From an uncultured Candidatus Peribacteria bacterium (lineage in GTDB: Bacteria; Patescibacteriota; Gracilibacteria; Peribacterales; Peribacteraceae), in the NCBI GenBank assembly GCA_964603635.1, contig CAZRVH010000004.1:6816-70815 (forward strand): a DNA stretch of 64,000 bases, given 5' to 3'. Under the pieces are notes generated by a model. That model was not told the DNA's origin. It ran no database searches and saw only the letters and a list, made by a program, of their open reading frames with translations. The translations under genes were made by a program, and so were the position numbers. This document shows, in pieces, positions 25,515 to 33,738 of the stretch; position 1 is the first letter of the stretch, and each line of letters begins with the position of its first letter.

Positions 25515-25949
25515 TTACTCCTGGATCGTCTGAAGCGTCATCCAATCGCCGAATCCCGCCTCTTCGTCGACCGTCCTGTGTTGCAAGGAAATCGTGCCGT
25601 CACCGTTCCCCATCACTCGCAGGTCGTCTCCTCCGCCCGCCCACCACAGACTGGCGAAGAGAAGGGCCTCGGTCTGCTCATTCGTTTTGTCGACGGCATT
25701 GCCGGCGTACGTTCCCATGTCGATCGTCTTCGCGTTGCCGCCTCCGATGACGAGCGAGACCTTCGTGCGCGGTTCATCGTACGTTCCTACGTTGGTAAAG
25801 GACCACTCCATCGTGGACTGTTCCATGACGATGCCTCCTGCATCCGGAGCCGATGGATTCGGTTCGCCCACGGCGATGCCGTTCTGCGTCTTTGGGGCGC
25901 AGGCAGCGAGGGGCAAAACGGCGATGGAGGAGAGCAGGAGGGTGCGCAT
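25515..25949 (-). CDS. Lipoprotein, unknown function
   Basis: 144 aa with lipobox VLPLAAC. No family recognised. Confidence 0.6.
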   Translation of the reverse strand: MRTLLLSSIAVLPLAACAPKTQNGIAVGEPNPSAPDAGGIVMEQSTMEWSFTNVGTYDEPRTKVSLVIGGGNAKTIDMGTYAGNAVDKTNEQTEALLFASLWWAGGGDDLRVMGNGDGTISLQHRTVDEEAGFGDWMTLQTIQE

Positions 25950-26002
25950 ATGCTCCGACTCTACGGTTCCCGGCGTATCACGACAATAGTTTTTGCAGCC
26001 CC

Positions 26003-26029
26003 TCGCCCTTCGACAGGCTCAGGGTGACA
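26003..26029. repeat. Short dispersed repeat tcgcccttcgacaggctcagggtgaca
   Basis: 27 nt identical to 41832-41858. A degenerate relative (cgcccttcgacgg) lies near 47038. Confidence 0.8.
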
Positions 26030-26159
26030 TAGCTCGGGGTGACAATTATGGAATAAGCTTTTTCAATATTTGGTTCACCTTTCCGGGATTCGCCATAAAC
26101 CACGCGCTCGCTGATGCTCGCTTGGGTTCATGACTGCGCCCATATGTTTCTACGATCCT

Positions 26160-27608
26160 TTATGCCTGAATAATCTTCATCAGGATCTCGTTCACCTTGG
26201 CAGGATTTGCCTGGCCTTTCGATTCCTTCATCACCCAGCCGACGATGGCGCCGAGCGCCGCGCCCTTGCCCGCCTTATAGGATTCAATTGCCTGGGGATT
26301 CGCCTCGATGGCTTTCTTCACCAGTTCCTCGATCGCCCCGTCGTCGCTGATCTGCTTCATACCCCCTTCCTCGATGATCGCGGGTGCGGATTTTCCGGTC
26401 TTCACCATCGTCGCGAGGACTTCCTTGCCGGCGTTGCCGGAAATCGTGCCGTCATCGATCGCGGCGACCAACTCAAGCATGGCAGCCGCGGTCGGTCCTT
26501 CCTCAATGGGTTTGTCCTCCGCCTTCAGGAATCCCTGGAGCTGCGTCAGGACCAAGCTGGACGTGCGCTTCGCGTCATTCGTCTTGGCGTAGACCGCGTC
26601 GAAGATTGCCTTCAAGGCGGGGTTGTTCATGATCTGCATCGATTCCGATTCTTCGAGTCCCAGACTCACGTATTGCATGCGCGCGGCACGCGGAAGAATC
26701 GGCAGGCTCTTGCGGATTTCCTCGATCGATTCCTTTTCGAAATGCAGCGGGGGAATGTCCGGTTCGGGGAAGTAGCGGTAATCCTGGGCGTCTTCCTTGT
26801 CGCGCAGCATGCGGGTTTTTTCCTCGTCATCCATCCATCCCACCGTGATGTTGCCTTTTAACGGCCCTCCTGTTTCCTCCCACAAATCGCGAAGCCTTTT
26901 CTCCTCGTACTGCAATGCTTTCTCCAACGCCTTGAAGCTGTTGAGGTTCTTGATTTCGCTGCGTGGATTCAGTTTCTCCGTGCCCTTCTCGCGCAGGGAA
27001 ATGGATGCGTCGAAACGCATCATGCCTTTGAACATGTCGGCCTCGGAGGCGTCCACGGCGATGAGGATGCGGCGGAGTTCCTCGGCAAACGCGCATGCTT
27101 CCTCCGCATTGCGCAGATCCGGCTCCGTCACGATCTCCATGAGCGGGGTTCCCGCGCGATTGTAGTCGCAGAGGGTTTTATTGCCCCTGTGCGTCAGCTT
27201 GCCCGCGTCGTTCTCCATGTGCAGGCGCGTGATACGGCAGGTCTTTTCGTCGATTTTGCGCCCGCTTGCGTCGGTGAGGTCGTAGTCTACCTTTCCGTGC
27301 GAGGCGAGCGGGAAATCGTACTGCGAGATCTGATAGCCGGCGGGAAGGTCCGGGTAGAAGTAGTGCTTGCGGTCGAAGTGGCTGTCCGGGTTGATGTCGC
27401 AGCCGATCGCGAGTGACGCGCGGACGGCCTTGGCCACGGCCTCGCCGTTGGGCACGGGGAGCGTGCCGGGGTGGCCCATGCAAATAGGGCAGACGGTCGT
27501 GTTCGGCTCCTTGCCGAACGCGTCGTTGTCGCATCCGCAGAACATCTTCGTCTTCGTGCTCATTTGGGCGTGTACTTCAAGACCTATGATTGCTTCGAGA
27601 TTGGACAT
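26160..27608 (-). CDS. gatB: Asp/Glu-tRNA(Asn/Gln) amidotransferase subunit B
   Basis: ORF track 26160..27665; ATG 27608 (MSNLEAIIGLEVHAQM). KMFCGC, YFYPDLP, QISQ and RLHMENDAGK are GatB blocks. Confidence 0.9.
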   Translation of the reverse strand: MSNLEAIIGLEVHAQMSTKTKMFCGCDNDAFGKEPNTTVCPICMGHPGTLPVPNGEAVAKAVRASLAIGCDINPDSHFDRKHYFYPDLPAGYQISQYDFPLASHGKVDYDLTDASGRKIDEKTCRITRLHMENDAGKLTHRGNKTLCDYNRAGTPLMEIVTEPDLRNAEEACAFAEELRRILIAVDASEADMFKGMMRFDASISLREKGTEKLNPRSEIKNLNSFKALEKALQYEEKRLRDLWEETGGPLKGNITVGWMDDEEKTRMLRDKEDAQDYRYFPEPDIPPLHFEKESIEEIRKSLPILPRAARMQYVSLGLEESESMQIMNNPALKAIFDAVYAKTNDAKRTSSLVLTQLQGFLKAEDKPIEEGPTAAAMLELVAAIDDGTISGNAGKEVLATMVKTGKSAPAIIEEGGMKQISDDGAIEELVKKAIEANPQAIESYKAGKGAALGAIVGWVMKESKGQANPAKVNEILMKIIQA

Positions 27609-27618
27609 TGGTGACGAT

Positions 27619-27646
27619 AAGATACAAGAGACAAGATACAAGAGAC
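27619..27646. repeat. Perfect tandem duplication of a 14-mer (AAGATACAAGAGAC x2) in a divergent promoter region
   Basis: 27619-27632 equals 27633-27646, followed by a partial third unit (agacaagatgc). Lies between gatB (start 27608, minus) and the sigma-factor gene (start 27758, plus). Confidence 0.85.
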
Positions 27647-27757
27647 AGACAAGATGCAGATCCAAATCTTAGATATATTGAAATTGTTTTTAAAGAGCTG
27701 AGTTTCATGGAAAGTATGCCATTGACTCCGGCAAAAGCAGGGATACATTGATCCTCA

Positions 27758-28441
27758 ATGGATTCTTTGGCACATGAAACCCTGGCAAACGCAGTGGAAA
27801 CGGATGGGGTTCTCTCGTCCGAGAAGGCGTTGATGCAGGAGGTGGCACAAGGGGCTTCGGGCGCGTTTGACAGGCTGCATGCACGGTACGCGCATTCCCT
27901 GCGTTTGCACCTTTCACGCCTGCTGCCTCATGAGAAGGACGTGGAAGACATTCTGCAGGATGTCTGGCTACGGGTATTCCGCCATGCCGATGCGTATGAT
28001 CCTCAAAAATCCTCGCCGAAAACATGGATGTTTTCCATCGCTCGGCATGCCGCCGCTGACATGGGGCGCAAACATGCCAGGAATCGCGAAGTACTATCGA
28101 TACACAATGCCCCGGAAAACGAGAGCGATACATATTCGTTGGGCGATCTGATCGAAAGCCATGAGCCTCCTTCCGATGCGCGGATCACTCTAGTCGAGGA
28201 GCAACGAATCGTCGGAGAGGAGCTGGCGGCATTGCCAGGGGATTTGCGCGATGTTGTCGTTCGATTTTATTTGGATGGGGAGCACTACCTGGAGATTGCG
28301 GATAGGCTAGGCATTCCCATTGGTACCGTGAAATCCCGGCTGCATGCCGCATTGCTTCGCTTGGGCAATCAGATGCACAAGCATCATCCGGAATTCGCAT
28401 CGGATCCATGCATATCGCCGGCTCCCAAACGGGCGGCGTAA
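27758..28441 (+). CDS. ECF-type RNA polymerase sigma factor
   Basis: 227 aa. Region 2 (DILQDVWLRVFRHADAYD, TWMFSIARHAAADM) and region 4 (RDVVVRFYLDGEHYLEIADRLGIPIGTVKSRLHAAL). Confidence 0.8.
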   Translation: MDSLAHETLANAVETDGVLSSEKALMQEVAQGASGAFDRLHARYAHSLRLHLSRLLPHEKDVEDILQDVWLRVFRHADAYDPQKSSPKTWMFSIARHAAADMGRKHARNREVLSIHNAPENESDTYSLGDLIESHEPPSDARITLVEEQRIVGEELAALPGDLRDVVVRFYLDGEHYLEIADRLGIPIGTVKSRLHAALLRLGNQMHKHHPEFASDPCISPAPKRAA

Positions 28442-28444
28442 ACG

Positions 28445-28900
28445 TCAGAGAGGCTTGGGCATCGTCGCGTAATCCGTTATCAGCTTGCCATCGAGATGGT
28501 CCACTTCGTGCTGGATGATGCGTGCTTCCATGCCGTCGAACTTGCGTTCCTGGGGCTGGCCCTTCGCGTTCAGGTATTTCACGACGATCGAGGTTGATCG
28601 CGGCACGGGCAGCCAGATGTTCGGCAGGCTGAGGCAGCCTTCTTCCATCACGTCCGTCTCTTTGCTTTTGAACGTGATATGGGGGTTGATGAGCGGCGTC
28701 AGGCGGCCGTTTACCTTCGCGACGCACAGGCGCAGGCTTTGCCCGATCTGCGGCGCCGCCAGTCCCAGTCCGTCGGCCTTCACCGTCGTCTGTTCCATGT
28801 CTTTGAGCAGCTTCAAAATATCCTTCGTCACCGCCACCTCCTTCGTTTTCGCGCGGAGGACGGGCTGCTGTTCGCCGATGACGATAGGGAGGACTGCCAT
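28445..28900 (-). CDS. def: Peptide deformylase
   Basis: GLGLAAPQIG, EEGCLSLP and QHEVDHLDG: the three deformylase motifs. Confidence 0.9.
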   Translation of the reverse strand: MAVLPIVIGEQQPVLRAKTKEVAVTKDILKLLKDMEQTTVKADGLGLAAPQIGQSLRLCVAKVNGRLTPLINPHITFKSKETDVMEEGCLSLPNIWLPVPRSTSIVVKYLNAKGQPQERKFDGMEARIIQHEVDHLDGKLITDYATMPKPL

Positions 28901-28978
28901 GAAATAGGGTTAGGAATTGGATTAGGGGTAGTTATTTTCAATTCCCAATCCTAATCCTACTCCTTTTTCTTCCTACTT

Positions 28979-29569
28979 TCATCTCCTTCCGAGTGAAGAA
29001 ACAGCGTTCAACGACGCTTTTTGCTTCAATTCGCCCAAGGAGGAAATCTTTCCTACCTCGATCATTTTCAAGAGGATCTGGGCGGTATGGAGCACGTCCG
29101 GCAGGGCGCGGTGGCGGCCTTGGGGCAGTTGCATCTGGAATTTTTCGCTGAGGAAGTCCAGGCTGTGGCGGAAAGCGGTGGGGAACAGGCTCTGGCTGAG
29201 CTTCATGCTGCAGAGCGGCTCGGGGATTTCGATGTACCCCCAGCAGAATTCCTTCTCGCATTCCAAAAATCCTTTGTCGAATGCCGCGTTATGGGCGATC
29301 AGTGTCGATCCGGCCGCGAATTCCAAGAATTGCGGCAATACCGCCATCATCGTGGGGGCATTCGCGACGTCTTCGTTGCTGATGCCGTGGATCTGTTTGG
29401 TTTCGAAGGGGATGTCGCGCTCCGGGTTCACGAGGCTTTCGAACGTGCGGTCGGTAATGATGCCGTTCTCGATGCGCACGCCCGCGATTTCCACGACGCG
29501 GTGGCCGCGCTTGGGATCCAATCCGGTCGTTTCCAAATCGAAGACGGTGATGGGAGGCAGGGCGGGCAT
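28979..29569 (-). CDS. DnaQ-like 3'-5' exonuclease (DEDDh)
   Basis: ITVFDLETTGL (Exo I), LIAHNAAFDKGFL (Exo II) and HRALPDV (Exo III). Confidence 0.8.
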   Translation of the reverse strand: MPALPPITVFDLETTGLDPKRGHRVVEIAGVRIENGIITDRTFESLVNPERDIPFETKQIHGISNEDVANAPTMMAVLPQFLEFAAGSTLIAHNAAFDKGFLECEKEFCWGYIEIPEPLCSMKLSQSLFPTAFRHSLDFLSEKFQMQLPQGRHRALPDVLHTAQILLKMIEVGKISSLGELKQKASLNAVSSLGRR

Positions 29570-29748
29570 GGGGTCCGCATTGTGTCAGAGCTTGGAAGAG
29601 GAGAAAAGTTTTTCGGGATGAATGATGAGCGTCTGATCACCAATCACCAGATTCCAATCATCAATGAAGGAATTTCTTTGTTTGATTATTGTTTGATTAT
29701 TGGTGATTGATTATTCTTTACAATCGCATACTGCTATCGTTTCTTCCT

Positions 29749-30456
29749 ATGCCTCCTCGCTCTGACGGTATTCCCATGGGCCGCGTGATGAAGGAACTGG
29801 ACAAGCATTATGAGCCTCCCAAGACGTTCTTGCATTACCGCACGCCCCTGGACCTGATGGTTGCGGTGATCCTCAGTGCGCAATGCACCGACGCGCGGGT
29901 GAACATCGTGACGGAAACCATCCTCTATCCCAAGTACAGGAAGGAGAGTGATTATCTGGATGTATCGCGCGACGAACTGGAGAAAGACATCCACAGCTGC
30001 GGCACGTTTCGCATGAAGGCGAAACACATTCAGGAATCCTGCGCGATGCTATTGGAAAAGTTTGGCGGAGAGATGCCGCGTACCATCGCGGGGCTTACGC
30101 AGTTGCCCGGGGTGGGACGCAAAACGGCGTCGGTCATCCTTGCCGCGGCGTTCGGCATCAACGAGGGAATCGCGGTGGATACGCACGTGCAGAGATTGGC
30201 CCAGCGCCTGGGACTGAGCGTCTATGCGGATCCCAAGAAAATCGAATTGGATCTCATGGCCGCCGCGCCGCGCAAGAAGTGGAGGGAGGTGACGACGCTG
30301 CTCATTTCCCATGGCCGCGCGGTGTGCACGGCCCGCGGCAGGCAATGCGGCGCGTGCGTTTTCAAGCACGAGTGTCCATCGTCGCTCGTCCGCGGTTTGC
30401 CAGACCGTGCGAAACCGAAAAAAAGCGGCATGCGCCAGCCGAAGAGGCCGCGTTGA
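29749..30456 (+). CDS. nth: Endonuclease III
   Basis: ORF track 29707 starts at TTG; ATG 29749 is taken, and 29776 is also possible. LMVAVILSAQCTDARVN, LPGVGRKTASV (HhH-GPD) and a C-x6-C-x2-C-x5-C cluster (CTARGRQCGACVFKHEC). Confidence 0.85.
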   Translation: MPPRSDGIPMGRVMKELDKHYEPPKTFLHYRTPLDLMVAVILSAQCTDARVNIVTETILYPKYRKESDYLDVSRDELEKDIHSCGTFRMKAKHIQESCAMLLEKFGGEMPRTIAGLTQLPGVGRKTASVILAAAFGINEGIAVDTHVQRLAQRLGLSVYADPKKIELDLMAAAPRKKWREVTTLLISHGRAVCTARGRQCGACVFKHECPSSLVRGLPDRAKPKKSGMRQPKRPR

Positions 30457-30614
30457 TCCTGGGAATTTCCATGCGAGGGGGCCGAGAGAGTCAAAATCCA
30501 TCCGTCGTCGCGCGGCTATGCCGGATTAAAAATCTCGGGCATTAAAGGGTTGCTTTCGCTTGTTTTGGCATGTTATGCTTGACGCCCATTATTCATTTTC
30601 TTCCCATTTTTATC

Positions 30615-30839
30615 ATGAACAAGAAGCTTCTGTTCCTTGCTTCCGCAGCGTCCGTGGTCGCCCTCGCCGCTTGCAATGCTTCCGTTACCGAAACGACGGA
30701 TCTCGACGACGAGAGCTACAGCTCCATGTCCGACGACATGATGATCGACGACGATTCCATGATGATGGATGACAGCTCGTCCTCCGTCGAAGCCATGGAA
30801 GCCTCTTCTTCCGAGGATTCCAGCGTTTCCTCCCTTTGA
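30615..30839 (+). CDS. Small acidic Met/Asp/Ser-rich lipoprotein
   Basis: ATG 30615 ([20 protein letters not shown] lipobox), then [18 protein letters not shown]. Confidence 0.5.
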   Translation: MNKKLLFLASAASVVALAACNASVTETTDLDDESYSSMSDDMMIDDDSMMMDDSSSSVEAMEASSSEDSSVSSL

Positions 30840-30918
30840 TTTTTCCTGGAAAAGGGCCTCGTTCGCGGGGCTCTTTTTTTGTTTGATATCCGCCTGTCAG
30901 GCAGGGTATCATCGGGCC

Positions 30919-31371
30919 ATGAAGAAGCTTCTTTCGGAATTCAGGCAATTCGCATCCCGCGGCAATGTCATAGACTTGGCCGTTGGAGTCATCATCGGAG
31001 GCGCGTTCGGGAAGATCGTCTCGTCGCTCGTGAACGACGTCATCATGCCGCCGTTCGGCGTCATCATGGGAAAGGTCGATTTCCGCGATTTGTACGTGAA
31101 CCTGTCGGGCGGGGAATACCCCACCCTGGAGGCGGCCAAGGCAGCGGGAGCCGCGACGCTCAACTACGGCGCGTTCATCAACACCATCATCGAGTTCCTC
31201 ATCGTCGCCTTCGCGCTCTTCATGTTGATCAACCAGATCAACAGGTTGCAGAAGCTGGGAAAGAAAGAAGAAGAGAAGAAGGATCCCACGGAAAAAGACT
31301 GTCCGTTCTGCTGCACGCACATCAGCATCAAGGCGACGCGATGCCCGCATTGCACGAGCGAGTTGAAGTAA
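30919..31371 (+). CDS. mscL: Large-conductance mechanosensitive channel with C-terminal zinc-ribbon
   Basis: ATG 30919. [24 protein letters not shown] is the MscL TM1 signature. C-terminal CPFC...CPHC. Confidence 0.85.
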   Translation: MKKLLSEFRQFASRGNVIDLAVGVIIGGAFGKIVSSLVNDVIMPPFGVIMGKVDFRDLYVNLSGGEYPTLEAAKAAGAATLNYGAFINTIIEFLIVAFALFMLINQINRLQKLGKKEEEKKDPTEKDCPFCCTHISIKATRCPHCTSELK

Positions 31372-31488
31372 GAATGGTTCGTCCTTTGACGGAGCCTTGG
31401 ATGGCAATGGGATGATGTCCTTATAAGTGCGCACTGTTTGTGCTCAAGGCGCTGGCCTGCATCGGGTCTTTTCCTGTATGTTCCCGGC

Positions 31489-32784
31489 ATGGAAATTATC
31501 GTTATCGACGACGTTCCGCCGGAGGCAAACGCGATGCTCCAGGCATTGTACTCACGCAGTCCGAAGAGCGTGCGCGAGCATGTGGAACAGGTGCGTACGG
31601 CGGGTGCGGAAAAATTCATGGCGAACTTCTACGTGGGCTACGGCCACAAGTCGATCGGCGACTGCGGTACCACCTCCATTTTCATCGAGAACGTGAGCAT
31701 GCTGGTGGCGAAGGCGGTGCAGGATTGGCCGCTCTACAACGGCCAGGAGGCTTCCACGCGCTATCTGGACATGTCCAGGCAGGAAGTGAAGAACCCTCTG
31801 GGTTCCGACGAAGGGAAGGCGATCCAGGACGCATGGATGGCGTTCTACACGCATGCATTGGAAACGTTGGTGCCCGTCTTGAAGGAACGTTTCCCTATGG
31901 CGGAGAGCGATACAGGAAAAGAAAAGCAGTACGAGAAGGCCATCAAGGCCCGCGCATTCGACATCGCCCGCGGCTTCCTGCCCGCCGGTGCCACGACCTA
32001 CGTCGCGTGGCACACGAACCTGCGCCAGGCGCATGACCACATCAAGGAAATGCGCCACCATCCGCTTGCGGAAGTGCGTGATACCGCCGCGGAAATCCTG
32101 AAGGCGTTGCAGGCCAAGTATTCTTCCAGCTTCCTGCACAAGTCCTACGAGGTCGAAGAGGAATACGTGGGGAAGTCGATGGCGGAGTTCGCGTTTTTCG
32201 ACGACGCGTCGATCGAAGGTTTCTCGTACCGATCGCGCTTGGATCTGGACGGATTGAAGAGGCATCAGTCCTTGCTCGAACGGCGTCCGCCCAAGGCCGA
32301 ACTGCACAACCGCTTCCGCCAGTACGGTGACATCCTCTTTGCCTTTCCTCTGGACTTCGGGTCGTACCGGGATCTCCAGCGCCAGCGAAGCGCCGTGCAG
32401 GAAATGCCGTTGCTCGCCATGAAACATGGGTTCCATCCGTGGTACTTGGAACAGATGCCCGACGGTTTGAAAGCCGAGGCGACGGCGGTTTTGGAGTCCC
32501 AGAAGAAGAGAATCGACGCGCTGGACGCATCCGATGTCGAGAAGCAGTATTACGTCGCCATGGGCTACAGGGTGGCCGTGCGCATGGCGTGCCCGCTGCC
32601 CGCCGCGGTGTACATCGCCGAGCTTCGTTCCGCCGACACCGTGCATCCCACGTTGCGCGTGGAAGCACAGAGAATGGGTGATGCCATCCTCCAAGCCGTC
32701 CCAGGCATTGCAATGCATCACGACACGTCTCCGGGGGCTTGGAATATCAAGAGAGGGGCACAGGATATCACTCGTCGAGATTGA
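31489..32784 (+). CDS. ThyX-family (flavin-dependent thymidylate synthase-like) protein, long two-lobed form
   Basis: ATG 31489 (MEIIVIDD). GYGHKSIGDCG ... NGQEASTRY in the first half; DLQRQRS ... AAVYIAELRSADTVHPTLRVEAQRM in the second half. Both resemble ThyX blocks. By-eye call. Confidence 0.5.
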   Translation: MEIIVIDDVPPEANAMLQALYSRSPKSVREHVEQVRTAGAEKFMANFYVGYGHKSIGDCGTTSIFIENVSMLVAKAVQDWPLYNGQEASTRYLDMSRQEVKNPLGSDEGKAIQDAWMAFYTHALETLVPVLKERFPMAESDTGKEKQYEKAIKARAFDIARGFLPAGATTYVAWHTNLRQAHDHIKEMRHHPLAEVRDTAAEILKALQAKYSSSFLHKSYEVEEEYVGKSMAEFAFFDDASIEGFSYRSRLDLDGLKRHQSLLERRPPKAELHNRFRQYGDILFAFPLDFGSYRDLQRQRSAVQEMPLLAMKHGFHPWYLEQMPDGLKAEATAVLESQKKRIDALDASDVEKQYYVAMGYRVAVRMACPLPAAVYIAELRSADTVHPTLRVEAQRMGDAILQAVPGIAMHHDTSPGAWNIKRGAQDITRRD

Positions 32785-32957
32785 AGGGCCGGAAAATGAG
32801 TTTTTTCTTATTGCATGCGCGATTTTACGCTATACTGACGGTACATGGCCCCCTGCCTTAGCTCGCCACAGCGCGACGCGGCACAGACCGCCAGGGCCGG
32901 CTATTACCCAACGCTTCATTTTTTACCCCCTTCACCTCCTCCGGGAGCTCTTTTCCT

Positions 32958-33686
32958 ATGCCCGAGCAGCTGACACCACCGGCAGAACAGATAAAAGCGG
33001 ACGTCATCCTGGAACGAAGCATTCAGGCAGAAATAAAAGAAGGAAAGCAACGTATCGGCGAATTCACGGATGGAGTGGAAGACAGGGTAGACGAGGAGTT
33101 GGAAGATCAAAAAACACAGAACATCGACGTTATCGCATCGGAAACGCACGCACTCGTGAAGGAGTACGTTTCGACGACGACATCCACGCTCGGGCGCGAG
33201 CACAAGGTAGGGGACACGGCTTCCAAAGGCGCGGCGGCATGGAACGACAAAGGCAATGGCAACGAGGTGGTCTTCGACTTCGAAGCGGTGGGCGCGGACC
33301 AGGAAACGCCCTACTGGGAACGGATCCGTGACCACGAGGAGGCACACCAGCTCGAACAGGCGACCCTCTTCGACATGAAAGAGATCTCTTTCAAAGACGA
33401 ACAGATCAAGGTGAATCCAAACTTGGTGGAATGGGGCGCCATCACGGCCGCCAACCAGCCATCCTCGGACCTCACGCCCGAGTACCAGGCGCACAAAGCC
33501 CAGGGCGACGAACTCGCGGAATTCCTGGGGTCGCCGGAGCCCATCCTGAAAGCGCTGAAGACCGGAAAGATGTCGGAACTCCAGGCGGAGATCGACCGGA
33601 AAATGATGGAAGAGCTCTACGGCAAGATGGGACTCTCTACCACCGACAATCGCAAGGCGGAGGAGATCCTGGTTACCGCGGCCTGA
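32958..33686 (+). CDS. Acidic hypothetical protein (contains an HEEAH string)
   Basis: 242-aa ORF. IRDHEEAHQLE is an HExxH-type string of unknown significance. No family recognised. Confidence 0.5.
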   Translation: MPEQLTPPAEQIKADVILERSIQAEIKEGKQRIGEFTDGVEDRVDEELEDQKTQNIDVIASETHALVKEYVSTTTSTLGREHKVGDTASKGAAAWNDKGNGNEVVFDFEAVGADQETPYWERIRDHEEAHQLEQATLFDMKEISFKDEQIKVNPNLVEWGAITAANQPSSDLTPEYQAHKAQGDELAEFLGSPEPILKALKTGKMSELQAEIDRKMMEELYGKMGLSTTDNRKAEEILVTAA

Positions 33687-33690
33687 TACG

Positions 33691-33717
33691 AAAAACCCCG
33701 GCTTGGCCGGGGTTTTT
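33691..33717. terminator. Bidirectional rho-independent terminator
   Basis: aaaaaccccggc-ttgg-ccggggttttt, between the convergent genes 32958..33686 and secD. Confidence 0.85.
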
Positions 33718-33738
33718 GTAGTGCATGATAAAAGTACA

